A DNA stretch of 64,000 bases, taken from NCBI GenBank assembly GCA_964564785.1, contig CAZMCT010000005.1:1661-65660 (forward strand). Reading direction: 5' to 3'. The position numbers were made by a program, and so were the translations under genes. The stretch is from an uncultured Planctomycetales bacterium. Lineage in GTDB: Bacteria; Planctomycetota; Phycisphaerae; UBA1845; Fen-1342. Of this stretch, positions 27,570 through 39,331 are shown in pieces. The stretch's first letter is position 1, and each line of letters begins with the position of its first letter. The notes under the pieces were generated by a model. That model did not search any database. It was given only the letters and a program-made list of their open reading frames with translations, and was not told the origin of the DNA.

Positions 27570-28637
27570 ATGAGCACCGTGACCACTCCTCGCAACCGGG
27601 TCGTGGAGGCTGAAGTGTCGGCCGAGCTCGACTGGGAACACCTCGAGTTCGGGTACTACAAAACGGATTACAACATCCGTTACATGTGGCGCGACGGCCG
27701 CTGGGACGAGGGCGTGCTGACGTCGGACGAGACGTTGCCGCTGCACATCGCCGCGACGTGTCTGCACTACGGGCAGGAGTGTTTCGAGGGGCTCAAGGTC
27801 TTCCGCACCCGCCGGGGCGACGTGGTTGCGTTCCGGCCGGATGAGAACGCGCGCCGGATGATGCATTCGTGCCGCAAGATCTTGATGGAACCCGTGCCCG
27901 AGGAGCTGTTCTTGGAGGCTGTGGAGCGAGTGGTGGTCGCGAACCGCCGCTTCATCCCGCCGTACGGCACGGGCGCCAGCCTGTACGTCCGCCCGCTGGT
28001 GATCGGCACCGGCCCGCAAATCGGGGTCAAGCCGGCCAACGAGTACATGTTCATGGTGCTGGTGACGCCGGTCGGACCGTACTTCAAGACCGGCTTCAAA
28101 CCCGTGGACCTGATCGTTGAGGAGGAGGTGGACCGGGCGGCCCCGCTGGGCGTCGGCGACGTGAAGGTCGGCGGCAACTACGCCGCGGGCATCCGGGCCA
28201 GCGTGCGGGCCAAGAAGGCCGGCTACACCGAGGTCCTGTACCTCGACGCCAAGATCAAGAAGTACGTCGACGAGTCGGGGCCGGCGAACTTCTTCGCCAT
28301 CACCCGCGACGATCAGTACATCACGCCGGCCAGCGACTCAATCCTGCCGTCCATCACCAACAAGTCGCTGATCACGCTGGCCGAGGAGCTGGGCCTGCGG
28401 CCCGAGCGGCAGCACATCGACGTCGAACGGATCTTCGAGTTCAAGGAGGCCGGCTGCTGCGGCACCGCGGCGGTCATCACACCCGTCGGCTCGATCACCT
28501 GGCGCGACCGCAAGGTGGTCTACTGCCCCGACGGCAAGGCCGGCGCCCTGACCACCGAGCTCTACCAGCGGCTGCGCGGCATCCAGCTCGGCGACATCCC
28601 CGACAAATACGGCTGGCTGCACCCGATCGCGATGTAG
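27570..28637 (+). CDS. ilvE: branched-chain amino acid aminotransferase
   Basis: About 355-aa class IV aminotransferase. Motifs ECFEGLKVFR, GDVKVGGNYAAG and CGTAAVITPVG. GGAGG-like SD (GCAGGAGG) upstream of the ATG. Confidence 0.93.
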   Translation: MSTVTTPRNRVVEAEVSAELDWEHLEFGYYKTDYNIRYMWRDGRWDEGVLTSDETLPLHIAATCLHYGQECFEGLKVFRTRRGDVVAFRPDENARRMMHSCRKILMEPVPEELFLEAVERVVVANRRFIPPYGTGASLYVRPLVIGTGPQIGVKPANEYMFMVLVTPVGPYFKTGFKPVDLIVEEEVDRAAPLGVGDVKVGGNYAAGIRASVRAKKAGYTEVLYLDAKIKKYVDESGPANFFAITRDDQYITPASDSILPSITNKSLITLAEELGLRPERQHIDVERIFEFKEAGCCGTAAVITPVGSITWRDRKVVYCPDGKAGALTTELYQRLRGIQLGDIPDKYGWLHPIAM

Positions 28638-28822
28638 CGGCCGGGCGCCGCACCGGCACGTGTGCCACTGCCGTCCCGGCAGTCCAGGGGTGCCGCTGTG
28701 GTCCCGGCCGTGCGTGCGGCCGGGCAGGCCGCCGCGTTCTCCGCCCTTGCATCGCCACTCCCCTACCGCCAGAATCCTGCTATCCGCGAAGGAGCCCGCA
28801 TGGATGCACAAACCTCCGCCGC

Positions 28823-28834
28823 GGGGGGGGGGGG

Positions 28835-28835
<1 letters not shown>
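28823..28835. repeat. 13-nt poly-G homopolymer at the glgP 5' end
   Basis: G run counted directly from 28823 to 28835. The last G is the first base of the GTG used as the glgP start in the ORF track. Confidence 0.95.
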
Positions 28836-31294
<2,459 letters not shown>

Positions 31295-31475
31295 GCGGCA
31301 CCGTCCGCTCCGCCGTTTCCTGACAGCCATCCACCATCAGGCCGCGCAGGCACTTCGGTCCCCCGGGCCCCAAGACAGCCGCCGAAACCAGCGTGCGGCT
31401 CCCGGCCGGGCTCCGCGGCCGACTTGACGTGCAGCGCCGCGCGCTTGCACCGTAGGTCTCTGCTTGCATAGCAGC

Positions 31476-31515
31476 CCGTTGACAAAGGGGGCTGGCTGCG
31501 CGTCAAACCACCACC
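31476..31515 (+). repeat. partial copy of the dispersed hairpin element (M1 half)
   Basis: CCGTTGACAAAGGGGGCTGGCTGCGCGTCAAACCACCACC aligns with 49803-49836 and 41645-41680. It lies about 160 nt upstream of the etfB start. Confidence 0.6.
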
Positions 31516-31678
31516 CCGTCTGCACGCCGCGGCCCTGCGCGGCTGCGCCGCTGCGGACCGTGCCACCCACCGTACTACCTACGCTCCACGCCCCTGCGCG
31601 AAAGGGCCGCGGCTTGACGAGCCCACGGTCGGCCGCTAGTTTCCCGCTGGTTCTCCACGATTCACAGCGGAGTAACGC

Positions 31679-32665
31679 GTGCCGTACCACAGCGTCGTTT
31701 GCGTCAAGCAGGTTCCCGACACCAAGAACATCACCGGCGAGGCGATGAAGGCCGACGGGACCGTGAACCGCGCCGCCCTGCCGACCATCTTCAACCCCGA
31801 GGACCTGCACGCACTCGAAATCGCCCTCCAGGTCCGCGACCGCTTCGGCGGAACGGTCACCGCCCTGACCATGGGCCCGCCTAAGGCGGCCGACGTGCTC
31901 CGCGACTGCCTCTACCGCGGCGCCGACCGCGCAATCCTGCTCACCGACCGCCGCGCCGCGGCCAGCGACACGCTCGCCACCAGCTACATCCTCAGTCAGG
32001 CGATCCGCAAGCTGGCCCCTTTCGACTTCGTCTTCTGCGGCCGGCAGGCGATCGACGGCGACACGGCCCAGGTCGGACCGCAGTGCGCCGAGAAGCTCGG
32101 CATCCCGCAGGTGACGTACCTCCAGGAGTTCGTCGACGTGCGCGACCGCGCGGCCCGTATCCGCCGCAACGTCGGCAACGGCTGGGAACTGGTCGAGGTG
32201 CGACTGCCGGCGCTGATCACCGTGCTCGACACGGCGTGCACACCGCGGCCGCCGGCCGCGAAGCGCGTCATGAAGTACAAGCGGGCCGCCGTGCGGGCGG
32301 AGCTGGAGGCGGCGGTGAAAGCCGAGGGCGAGAAGCGTGGTACCGGCCCTCAGCGAGTCTCTTCGAGTAGCACCGGCTCTCAGCCGGTGTCCTCGCAGGC
32401 TGAGAGCCTGTGCCACAATGATCTGGAGCAAGAGGTCGAGCGCCGGGCCGAGGGGCTGCGGGCCCGCGGCCTGATGATCGAGCAGTGGAACCTCGACGAC
32501 ATCGCGGCCGACCTGGCCTGGTGCGGCCTGGCCGGCTCGCCGACCAAGGTGCATCGCGTGCAGTCGATCGTATTGACGAAGAGCGGCTACACGGAGATCC
32601 CGCCGACCGAGGAGGGCATCCGGCGGTTGATCCGGGAGCTCGTGGTCGATCACACGCTGGGCTGA
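31679..32665 (+). CDS. etfB: electron transfer flavoprotein beta subunit (long form with an internal insertion)
   Basis: GTG start with GGAG 8 nt upstream. VVCVKQVPDTKN..., TMGPPKAADVLRDCLYRGADRAILL, FVFCGRQAIDGDTAQVGPQ. A Ser/Glu-rich insertion lies near residues ~205-245. Confidence 0.9.
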   Translation: MPYHSVVCVKQVPDTKNITGEAMKADGTVNRAALPTIFNPEDLHALEIALQVRDRFGGTVTALTMGPPKAADVLRDCLYRGADRAILLTDRRAAASDTLATSYILSQAIRKLAPFDFVFCGRQAIDGDTAQVGPQCAEKLGIPQVTYLQEFVDVRDRAARIRRNVGNGWELVEVRLPALITVLDTACTPRPPAAKRVMKYKRAAVRAELEAAVKAEGEKRGTGPQRVSSSSTGSQPVSSQAESLCHNDLEQEVERRAEGLRARGLMIEQWNLDDIAADLAWCGLAGSPTKVHRVQSIVLTKSGYTEIPPTEEGIRRLIRELVVDHTLG

Positions 32666-32700
32666 CGGATCACCACAGAAACACATAGGCACACAGAAAA

Positions 32701-32728
32701 GGGAACAGGGAACAGGGAACAGGGAACA
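32701..32728 (+). repeat. (GGGAACA)x4 tandem heptamer, a canonical G3N4 G-quadruplex motif
   Basis: Four exact GGGAACA units read directly. They lie on the sense strand in the 195-nt etfB-etfA spacer. Confidence 0.95.
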
Positions 32729-32860
32729 GAGAAAAGGCAACAGCGTATGTTGCTAGTGTCCCTGCGGTGTGGGCCGGAAGAAGGCACTGCCGACACGGCA
32801 GTGGCACGCCGGCAGCGCGGCGTGCGGCGCGGAAGTCTGGCTGAAAGCTGAGAGCTTTTG

Positions 32861-33895
32861 ATGATCAAGCAGAACCGCAACGGCGACGTCTGGGTCTACG
32901 CCGAGCAGGAGGACGGCGCGCTGTCCGATGTCCCGCTCGAGCTGTGCGGCAAGGCCCGCGAGCTGGCCGACCGATTGAACGTGAAAGTCGCGGCCGTCCT
33001 GGCCGGCTGGAATGTGCGCGAACTGGCCTATCGCCTGATCCAGCATGGGGCCGACCGCGTATATTTGGTCGAGGACCGTCGGCTCGAGCATTATCAGACC
33101 CAGCCGTATGCCCGCGTGATCTGCACACTGATCGAGAAGCACCGGCCGCAGGTGGTGCTGTTCGGGGCCACGCCGCTCGGCCGCGACCTGGCCCCGCGGT
33201 GTGCTTCGGCGATGCGCTGCGGGCTGACGGCCGACTGTACCGATCTGGACATCGCCGACGTGCCCGACCCGGCCGCAAAGACGACGCACAAGAACCTGCT
33301 GCTCCAGATTCGCCCGGCATTCGGCGGCAACATCATCGCCACGATCATCAACCCGGAGCGCTGGCCGCAGATGGCGACGGTGCGCGAGGGCGTGATGCCG
33401 CTGCGCACGCCCGACATGCAGCGCAAGGGCGAGATCGTCGCGGAGAAGGTCGCGCTGCGCGATGAGGACTTCGCGCTGAAGCTGATCGAGCGGCACCGCG
33501 AGCCGCGGAAGGTCAACCTGAAGGGCGCGCGGACGATCGTCGCCGGCGGCGGGGGTGTCGGCAGCAAGCAGAACTTCAAGCTCATTCACGATCTGGCGGG
33601 GGCGATCGGGGGGGCCGTGGGCGCGTCGCGGGCGGCGGTGGACGGCGGCTTCATCGACAAGGCCCATCAGATCGGGCAGACCGGGACGACCGTGCGTCCG
33701 GCCCTGTACATCGCCTGCGGCATCAGCGGTGCGATCCAGCACCGGGCGGGGATGGAGGAGTCGGCGAAGATCGTGGCGGTCAACTGGGACCGCGAGGCGC
33801 CGATCTTCGGCGTGGCGCATTACGGGATCGTCGGCGACCTGAACCAGGTGATTCCGATAATGGTGAAGGCGATCAAGGAGCGGCCGAAGGAGTGA
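32861..33895 (+). CDS. etfA: electron transfer flavoprotein alpha subunit
   Basis: C-terminal FAD-binding motif [34 protein letters not shown] 32861 preferred over the TTG 32858 of the ORF track. Confidence 0.9.
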   Translation: MIKQNRNGDVWVYAEQEDGALSDVPLELCGKARELADRLNVKVAAVLAGWNVRELAYRLIQHGADRVYLVEDRRLEHYQTQPYARVICTLIEKHRPQVVLFGATPLGRDLAPRCASAMRCGLTADCTDLDIADVPDPAAKTTHKNLLLQIRPAFGGNIIATIINPERWPQMATVREGVMPLRTPDMQRKGEIVAEKVALRDEDFALKLIERHREPRKVNLKGARTIVAGGGGVGSKQNFKLIHDLAGAIGGAVGASRAAVDGGFIDKAHQIGQTGTTVRPALYIACGISGAIQHRAGMEESAKIVAVNWDREAPIFGVAHYGIVGDLNQVIPIMVKAIKERPKE

Positions 33896-33932
33896 ACGCC
33901 GTCGCGGGCAGCGCGAATTTCACGGTGTCATC

Positions 33933-34298
33933 ATGGTCTTGAGCCTTTGGCAACAGAAACGCTGGCCGGCCGTGGAGCGCGAGCTGAAGCGCATCGTGGC
34001 GCGCCTGGGTGCGCTGGACCCGGAGCGCGTCATTCTGTTCGGCTCGTTCGGCCGTGGGGACTTTCACGAGGACAGCGACATCGACCTCGTCGTGGTATTG
34101 AACACGGACGAACGCCTCGTCGATCGCATCGGGCGTGCCTTGGAGGTCATCGACGTGGCCGGTTTCGACGTCTGGCCCATCGTCTATACGCCCGCTGAGA
34201 TCAACCAGCTGCGCGCCCGGGGCAGCGTCTTCTGGGCAGAGATTGAGCGTGACGGAAACGTCCTCTATGAGCGAGACGCCGGACAACAATCGGCTTAA
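33933..34298 (+). CDS. nucleotidyltransferase domain protein (MNT-type, putative antitoxin)
   Basis: Minimal NTase motif LFGSFGRGDFHEDSDIDLVVVL (GSxxRG...DxD). 121 aa. Starts 37 nt after the etfA stop. Confidence 0.85.
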   Translation: MVLSLWQQKRWPAVERELKRIVARLGALDPERVILFGSFGRGDFHEDSDIDLVVVLNTDERLVDRIGRALEVIDVAGFDVWPIVYTPAEINQLRARGSVFWAEIERDGNVLYERDAGQQSA

Positions 34299-34677
34299 CG
34301 CCCGGCGGTGGCTGAACCAGGCCGAGACGCAACTGGCGGTCGCCGAGTGGGACGGTCAGGGCCGGTTTTGGGCGCCCCCCTGTTTCCACTGCCAGCAAGC
34401 CGGTGAGTTGGCGATGAAGGCGATTCTCATCCGTGAGGGCGAACGCAATCTCCACATACACAGCGTGCTCGGGCTGCTGCGCCGGGCGGCAACCTACGAG
34501 CCGGCGCTCCGCGCCCTGGAGTCGGAGGCCCGCCGGTTGGATCGGCTCTATATCGGCACACGCTATCCGAACGGTTTCGATGCCGCTTCGGACTTATACG
34601 ATGAAGCGGCTTTCCAGGAGGCTCGCCGCGCAGCCGTGGGGCTTGTCGAAGTGGCGCGGCGCAGACTCGCCCAGTAG
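34267..34677 (+). CDS. HEPN domain protein (putative toxin partner of the MNT)
   Basis: Internal ATG 34267 overlaps the MNT gene by 32 nt. About 136 aa, helical. Rx4H motif in ERNLHIH and LYIGTRYP, typical of PF05168-type HEPN. Ends 15 nt before the next gene. Confidence 0.8.
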   Translation: MSETPDNNRLNARRWLNQAETQLAVAEWDGQGRFWAPPCFHCQQAGELAMKAILIREGERNLHIHSVLGLLRRAATYEPALRALESEARRLDRLYIGTRYPNGFDAASDLYDEAAFQEARRAAVGLVEVARRRLAQ

Positions 34678-34692
34678 TGCAAAGGTACTGAA

Positions 34693-36522
34693 GTGTCCAA
34701 CTTCTTCACCGACAACGACGACCTCCAGTTCCTCTTCCAGCACCTGGACCTCGCCGAGCTGGCCGCCGTGCAGGAGCGCGGCTTCGCCGACGCCGAGGCG
34801 GGCGTCGATTACGCCCCCGCCGACGCGGCCGACGCGGTCGACAACTACCGCCGCGTGCTGGAGATCGTCGGCGACGTGGCCGGGAACACGATCGCCCCCC
34901 GGGCCGAGCAGGTCGACGCCGAGGGCAACACGCTCAACGAGGACGGCACCGTCACGCTGCATCCGCTCGTGCAGGACAACCTCCGCCGGCTGGCCCAGGC
35001 CGACCTGATGGGCTTCACGCTGCCCCGCAAGTACGGCGGCCTGAACTGCCCCAACCTCGTCTACACCATGGCGATCGAGATGGTCAGCCGGGCCGACGCG
35101 TCGCTGATGAACATTTTCGGCCTCCAGGGCATCGCCGAGACGATCAACGCCTTCGCCGACGACGCGATCAAGGACGAGTATCTGCCGCGGTTCGCCCGCG
35201 GTGAGGTCACCGGCGCGATGGTCCTCACCGAGCCCGACGCCGGCAGCGACCTCCAGGCCGTACGCCTGCGGGCCATCGAGGAGGACGGGAAGTGGTACCT
35301 GCGGGGCGTCAAGCGCTTCATTACGAACGGCTGCGGCGAGATCCTGCTCACGCTGGCGCGCAGCGAGGCGGACATCGCCGACGGCCGCGGGCTGAGCCTG
35401 TTCCTGTCCGAGCGCAGCAACCGCATCCGCGTCCGACACCTGGAACACAAGCTCGGCATCCACGGCTCGCCGACCTGCGAGCTGGTCTATGACGACGCGC
35501 CGGCGAAGCTCATCGGCCAGCGGCAGCGCGGCCTGATCACCTACGTCATGGCCCTGATGAACGGCGCCCGCGTCGGCATCGCGGCCCAGTCGCTGGGCAT
35601 CGCCGAGGCCGCCTACCGGCTGGCCCGCGAATACGCCCACAGCCGCAAGCAGTTTGGCGGACCGATCGAGCGGCTGCCGGCCGTGGCCGAGATGGTCACC
35701 GACATGAAGATCACGATCGAGGCGGCCCGGGCCCTGACCTACGAAACCAGCCGCATCTGCGACCTCGAGAACAACAACACGCTCGTGCTCGAGCTGCACC
35801 CCCCGGCCGACAAGGACGAGGCCAAGGCCCGCAAGGAGCTGGGCCGCACGCTCAAGCGGCTCAACGGCATGCTCACGCCCATGAGCAAGTACTACGCGTC
35901 GGAGATGTGCAACCGCGTGGCTGACACCGCGCTCCAGGTGCTCGGCGGCTCGGGCTACATGACGGATTACCCGGCCGAGCGCTACCTGCGCGACGCCCGC
36001 ATCACGAACATCTACGAGGGCACGAGCCAGCTCCAGATCGTCGCGGCCGTGCGGGGCGTGTGCAGCGGCGCGTTCGAGAAGCGGGTGCTGGAGTTCGAAG
36101 AGGCGCTCACGAGGTGCGGCCACCCGCTGGCGGCCGAGCTTCAGCCGAAGCTGGTCGAGGGCCGCATGCACGTGCTCAACGCCATCGCGTTCGTGAAGAG
36201 CCAGAGCACGGAGTACATGGACCTCATGGGCCGGCGGCTGGTGGACGCGGCCGCCGCGGTCTACATCGGCCACCTGCTGCTGCAACAGGCGCTGGGGATC
36301 CGCGTGCGGGCCGTGGGCGGAATCTGCATGCCGGGCGCGGCGGCCGGCCCCGACACGCCCGGTTGCGAGGCCGCCCGGCAGCGCAAGGCACGGGTCGTGC
36401 AACGGTTCCTCGCGGTGGAGCTGCCCAGGGTGGCGATGAACTGCGGGCTGGTCCAAAGCGGCGATCGCACTCCACTGGAACACTACGACTTGCTGGCGGG
36501 CCCGGTGCCCGCGCGGGAATAA
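34693..36522 (+). CDS. acyl-CoA dehydrogenase family protein (long, ~600 aa form)
   Basis: GAMVLTEPDAGSDL, RGVKRFITNG, ITNIYEGTSQLQ (catalytic Glu region), plus an extra C-terminal domain. GTG start. Confidence 0.92.
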   Translation: MSNFFTDNDDLQFLFQHLDLAELAAVQERGFADAEAGVDYAPADAADAVDNYRRVLEIVGDVAGNTIAPRAEQVDAEGNTLNEDGTVTLHPLVQDNLRRLAQADLMGFTLPRKYGGLNCPNLVYTMAIEMVSRADASLMNIFGLQGIAETINAFADDAIKDEYLPRFARGEVTGAMVLTEPDAGSDLQAVRLRAIEEDGKWYLRGVKRFITNGCGEILLTLARSEADIADGRGLSLFLSERSNRIRVRHLEHKLGIHGSPTCELVYDDAPAKLIGQRQRGLITYVMALMNGARVGIAAQSLGIAEAAYRLAREYAHSRKQFGGPIERLPAVAEMVTDMKITIEAARALTYETSRICDLENNNTLVLELHPPADKDEAKARKELGRTLKRLNGMLTPMSKYYASEMCNRVADTALQVLGGSGYMTDYPAERYLRDARITNIYEGTSQLQIVAAVRGVCSGAFEKRVLEFEEALTRCGHPLAAELQPKLVEGRMHVLNAIAFVKSQSTEYMDLMGRRLVDAAAAVYIGHLLLQQALGIRVRAVGGICMPGAAAGPDTPGCEAARQRKARVVQRFLAVELPRVAMNCGLVQSGDRTPLEHYDLLAGPVPARE

Positions 36523-36557
36523 CCGGCCCTGCCGCGCGGGCCGTGCAGGTGAGACGC

Positions 36558-37226
36558 ATGCGGCGCGCCGTGTCAGCCCCCCTGCTGCTCCTCGTCCTGG
36601 CCGCGACGGCCTGTCGCGCCACGGGGCCGGCCGCCGGCCACGCGACCACGCCGGAGATCGAGTTGCTCGCCGCGTGGATGACCGGCAGCTTCAGCAGCGC
36701 CGCGCAGGCGGCCGCGGACCCCGAGAACTACCGCGACATCCGCCTGGAGATGGCCCGGATCTGGCGCGACCGAACGGACGGCCCCTGGCTCTACGTCGAG
36801 CAGGCCGCGGCCGAGAGTCTCGACCGGCCGTACCGCCAGCGTGTCTACCAGCTCGTGGCCCGGCCGGACGGGGCGTTCGAGAGTCGCGTGTACACGCTGC
36901 CCGGCGACCCGCGGCGCTTCGCGGGCGCCGGGCGTGACCCCGCGGTGCTCGCCGGATTGTCGCCCGAACAGCTCGAACTCCGCGCGGGCTGCACGATGAT
37001 CCTGCGACGAAGAGCGGACGGCGCCTTCGCCGGCGGAACCGAGGGCCGCGGCTGCGAGAGCACGCTGCGCGGGGCGGCGTACGCGACGTCGGAAGCGGTG
37101 ATCACGGCCGGGCGGCTGGTGACCTGGGACCGCGGATTCGACGCCGCGGGCGTGCAGGTTTGGGGCGCAACGGCCGGCGGCTACGTGTTCGAGCGGGTCG
37201 GCGCGGCGTCGCCCGCAGCGCCGTGA
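36558..37226 (+). CDS. CpcT/CpeT (DUF1001)-like lipoprotein
   Basis: Signal peptide with lipobox MRRAVSAPLLLLVLAATA/C. WLYVEQAAAESLDRPYRQRVYQL and later segments match my memory of the CpcT/CpeT lyase-like family. Confidence 0.65.
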   Translation: MRRAVSAPLLLLVLAATACRATGPAAGHATTPEIELLAAWMTGSFSSAAQAAADPENYRDIRLEMARIWRDRTDGPWLYVEQAAAESLDRPYRQRVYQLVARPDGAFESRVYTLPGDPRRFAGAGRDPAVLAGLSPEQLELRAGCTMILRRRADGAFAGGTEGRGCESTLRGAAYATSEAVITAGRLVTWDRGFDAAGVQVWGATAGGYVFERVGAASPAAP

Positions 37227-37395
37227 GCGGAGGCTGCCCGACGCCCCGGACCCGGCTCCCGCCCGCCCGGCCGGACGGTTCAGCGTGTATGAAATTGTCG
37301 ACCGGCGTCCCTTCCGGCCATCGAACCGCTACGCTCTTCCCCCGCACGCCGCTGCGGCGTGCGGATTGCGCGCTGAAGCTTCGCAGGAGAATCCC

Positions 37396-39330
37396 ATGGG
37401 CCGTGCGCACCGCCCGCTGCTCTGGCTGACGGCACTGATGCTGACCCTCGCCGGCACCACCGTCGCCCAACCGCCGACGGACCCGCCGAGACCCCCGCCG
37501 GCCGGCGACAGGATCAAGATCACGCGCCTCGACGACCTGCCACAACATACGTACGCGGTCGAGGGTCAGCTCCTGGAGCTGCTCAAGTCGCCTGAGCAGG
37601 CCAAGGCCCTGGCGGCCAGGGTCCGCGCCGACATCGAGGCCGACCTGGCCAAATATGACATCGAGGACGCCAGCACGCTACAGAAGTTCTACTCGACGCT
37701 GACCACGATCGCGCTCCTCGACGGGCGGCTGGACGACGCCCTGCGGCACGTCGAGAAGGTCCGTGAGCTGGAGACCAAGGAAGCCAAGAAGCTGATGACG
37801 GGCGTGTTCGCATACGCCCTGGTCGCGGCCCGCCAGAAAGTGGGCCCCGACGCCTCGCTCGCGCAGCTCCGCCCCGCGTTCCGCGCCGCCCTCGCGGAGC
37901 GCATCGAACCGCTGCCCTGGAAGATCGTCGAGGACGAGATTCAGCAGGGCAAGGGCCAGCTCGAGATCATGAGCGAGAACCTCGTCACCGGCATGGTGCA
38001 GAGCCAGATGCAGCCCGTCGCCGACAAGACCGGCGAACTCAACGCCGACCTGGCTGCGTCGCTGCTGAGCATGCACCTTCTGCTCAACCTGCGCCTGCCG
38101 CTGAAGGACGAGATCATCGCCGTCTACCAGGCCAAGATCGACGCGAACAAAGTCGCCAAGGCCGATATCTGGGCCGCTCGCGAGGTGGCGTTGCCGCCCG
38201 ACGCCGCAGCCCGGCCCGTGCTGCTCGGCGTGTGGGATTCGGGCACCGACGTCGCCGTCTTCAAGGACCGGCTTTGGACCAATCCCCAGGAGCAGCCCGA
38301 CGGCCGCGACAACGACAACAACGGTTTCATCGACGACGTGAACGGCATCGCCTATGACATCCACGCCCAGCGCAGCACGGGGCTGCTCTGCCCGCTGGAC
38401 GACGCAGCCGGGCGGATCGCGGACGTCATGAAGCACATGAAGGGCTTCATGGACATTCAGTCCGCCATCGACAGCCCGGAGGCGGGCGCGTTGAAGAAGC
38501 ACCTGGCCGGGCTGAACCCCGCCGACGTGCAGGGCTTCCTCGAAGACCTGAGTCTGGCCGGCAACTACGCCCACGGCACGCACGTGGCCGGCATCATGAC
38601 CGCGGGCAACCCGTTCGCACGGCTGCTGGTGGCCCGCCTGAGTTATGACCACAAGACGATCCCGGTGGCGCGGACGGTCGAGTGGGGCCAGCGCGACGCC
38701 CTCAAGTGCCGTGACACGGTGGCCTACTTCAAGCAGCACGGCGTGCGGGTCGTGAACATGAGCTGGGGCGAAGCGCAGCGCGACGCCGAAGACTCGCTCG
38801 AAAAGAACGGCATCGGCAAGGATGCGGAGGAGCGCCGCGAAATCGCCCGCCAGGTCTTCCGGCTGCAACGTGACGGACTGTTCGAAGCGATCCAGGGTGC
38901 GCCGAATATCCTCTTCATCTGCGCCGCCGGCAACGCCGACAACAACGTCGAGTTCGACGAGGACATCCCGTCGTCCTTCGACCTGCCCAACCTGCTCGTG
39001 GTCGGGGCTGTCGACCAGGCCGGCGAGCCGACCTCCTTCACCAGCTTCGGCCGGACGGTGCGGATCTACGCCAACGGCTTCGAGGTCGACAGCTACGTCC
39101 CCGGCGGCCAGCGCATGCAGATGTCGGGCACGTCCATGGCCTCGCCGAACGTGGCCAACCTGGCCGGCAAGCTCCTGGCGTTGAAACCCGAGCTCAAGCC
39201 GACCGAGGTCATCGACCTGATTCTGAAAGGCGCCGATTCGAAGACCAGCGGCAGCCGCACCTACCTGCTGCTGAACCCCAAGCGGACCATCGAGCGCGTG
39301 CAGGGTTTCGCGGCCGCGGGCGGCGGCTGA
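37396..39330 (+). CDS. S8 family (subtilisin-like) serine peptidase with a ~330-aa helical N-terminal domain
   Basis: Signal peptide MGRAHRPLLWLTALMLTLAGTTVA. Catalytic triad motifs GVWDSGTD, HGTHVAGIM and SGTSMASPNVA, with oxyanion AAGNADNN. Confidence 0.9.
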   Translation: MGRAHRPLLWLTALMLTLAGTTVAQPPTDPPRPPPAGDRIKITRLDDLPQHTYAVEGQLLELLKSPEQAKALAARVRADIEADLAKYDIEDASTLQKFYSTLTTIALLDGRLDDALRHVEKVRELETKEAKKLMTGVFAYALVAARQKVGPDASLAQLRPAFRAALAERIEPLPWKIVEDEIQQGKGQLEIMSENLVTGMVQSQMQPVADKTGELNADLAASLLSMHLLLNLRLPLKDEIIAVYQAKIDANKVAKADIWAAREVALPPDAAARPVLLGVWDSGTDVAVFKDRLWTNPQEQPDGRDNDNNGFIDDVNGIAYDIHAQRSTGLLCPLDDAAGRIADVMKHMKGFMDIQSAIDSPEAGALKKHLAGLNPADVQGFLEDLSLAGNYAHGTHVAGIMTAGNPFARLLVARLSYDHKTIPVARTVEWGQRDALKCRDTVAYFKQHGVRVVNMSWGEAQRDAEDSLEKNGIGKDAEERREIARQVFRLQRDGLFEAIQGAPNILFICAAGNADNNVEFDEDIPSSFDLPNLLVVGAVDQAGEPTSFTSFGRTVRIYANGFEVDSYVPGGQRMQMSGTSMASPNVANLAGKLLALKPELKPTEVIDLILKGADSKTSGSRTYLLLNPKRTIERVQGFAAAGGG

Positions 39331-39331
39331 C

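Noticed and set aside
28655-28666. GGCAC-N2/4-GTGCC palindromes upstream of glgP (GGCACGTGTGCC, 28655-28666) and korA (GGCACGCGTGTGCC, 46774-46787) as a shared operator.
   Set aside because: There are only two instances with different spacing, and short GC-rich palindromes are frequent here. The evidence is insufficient without a genome-wide motif search.
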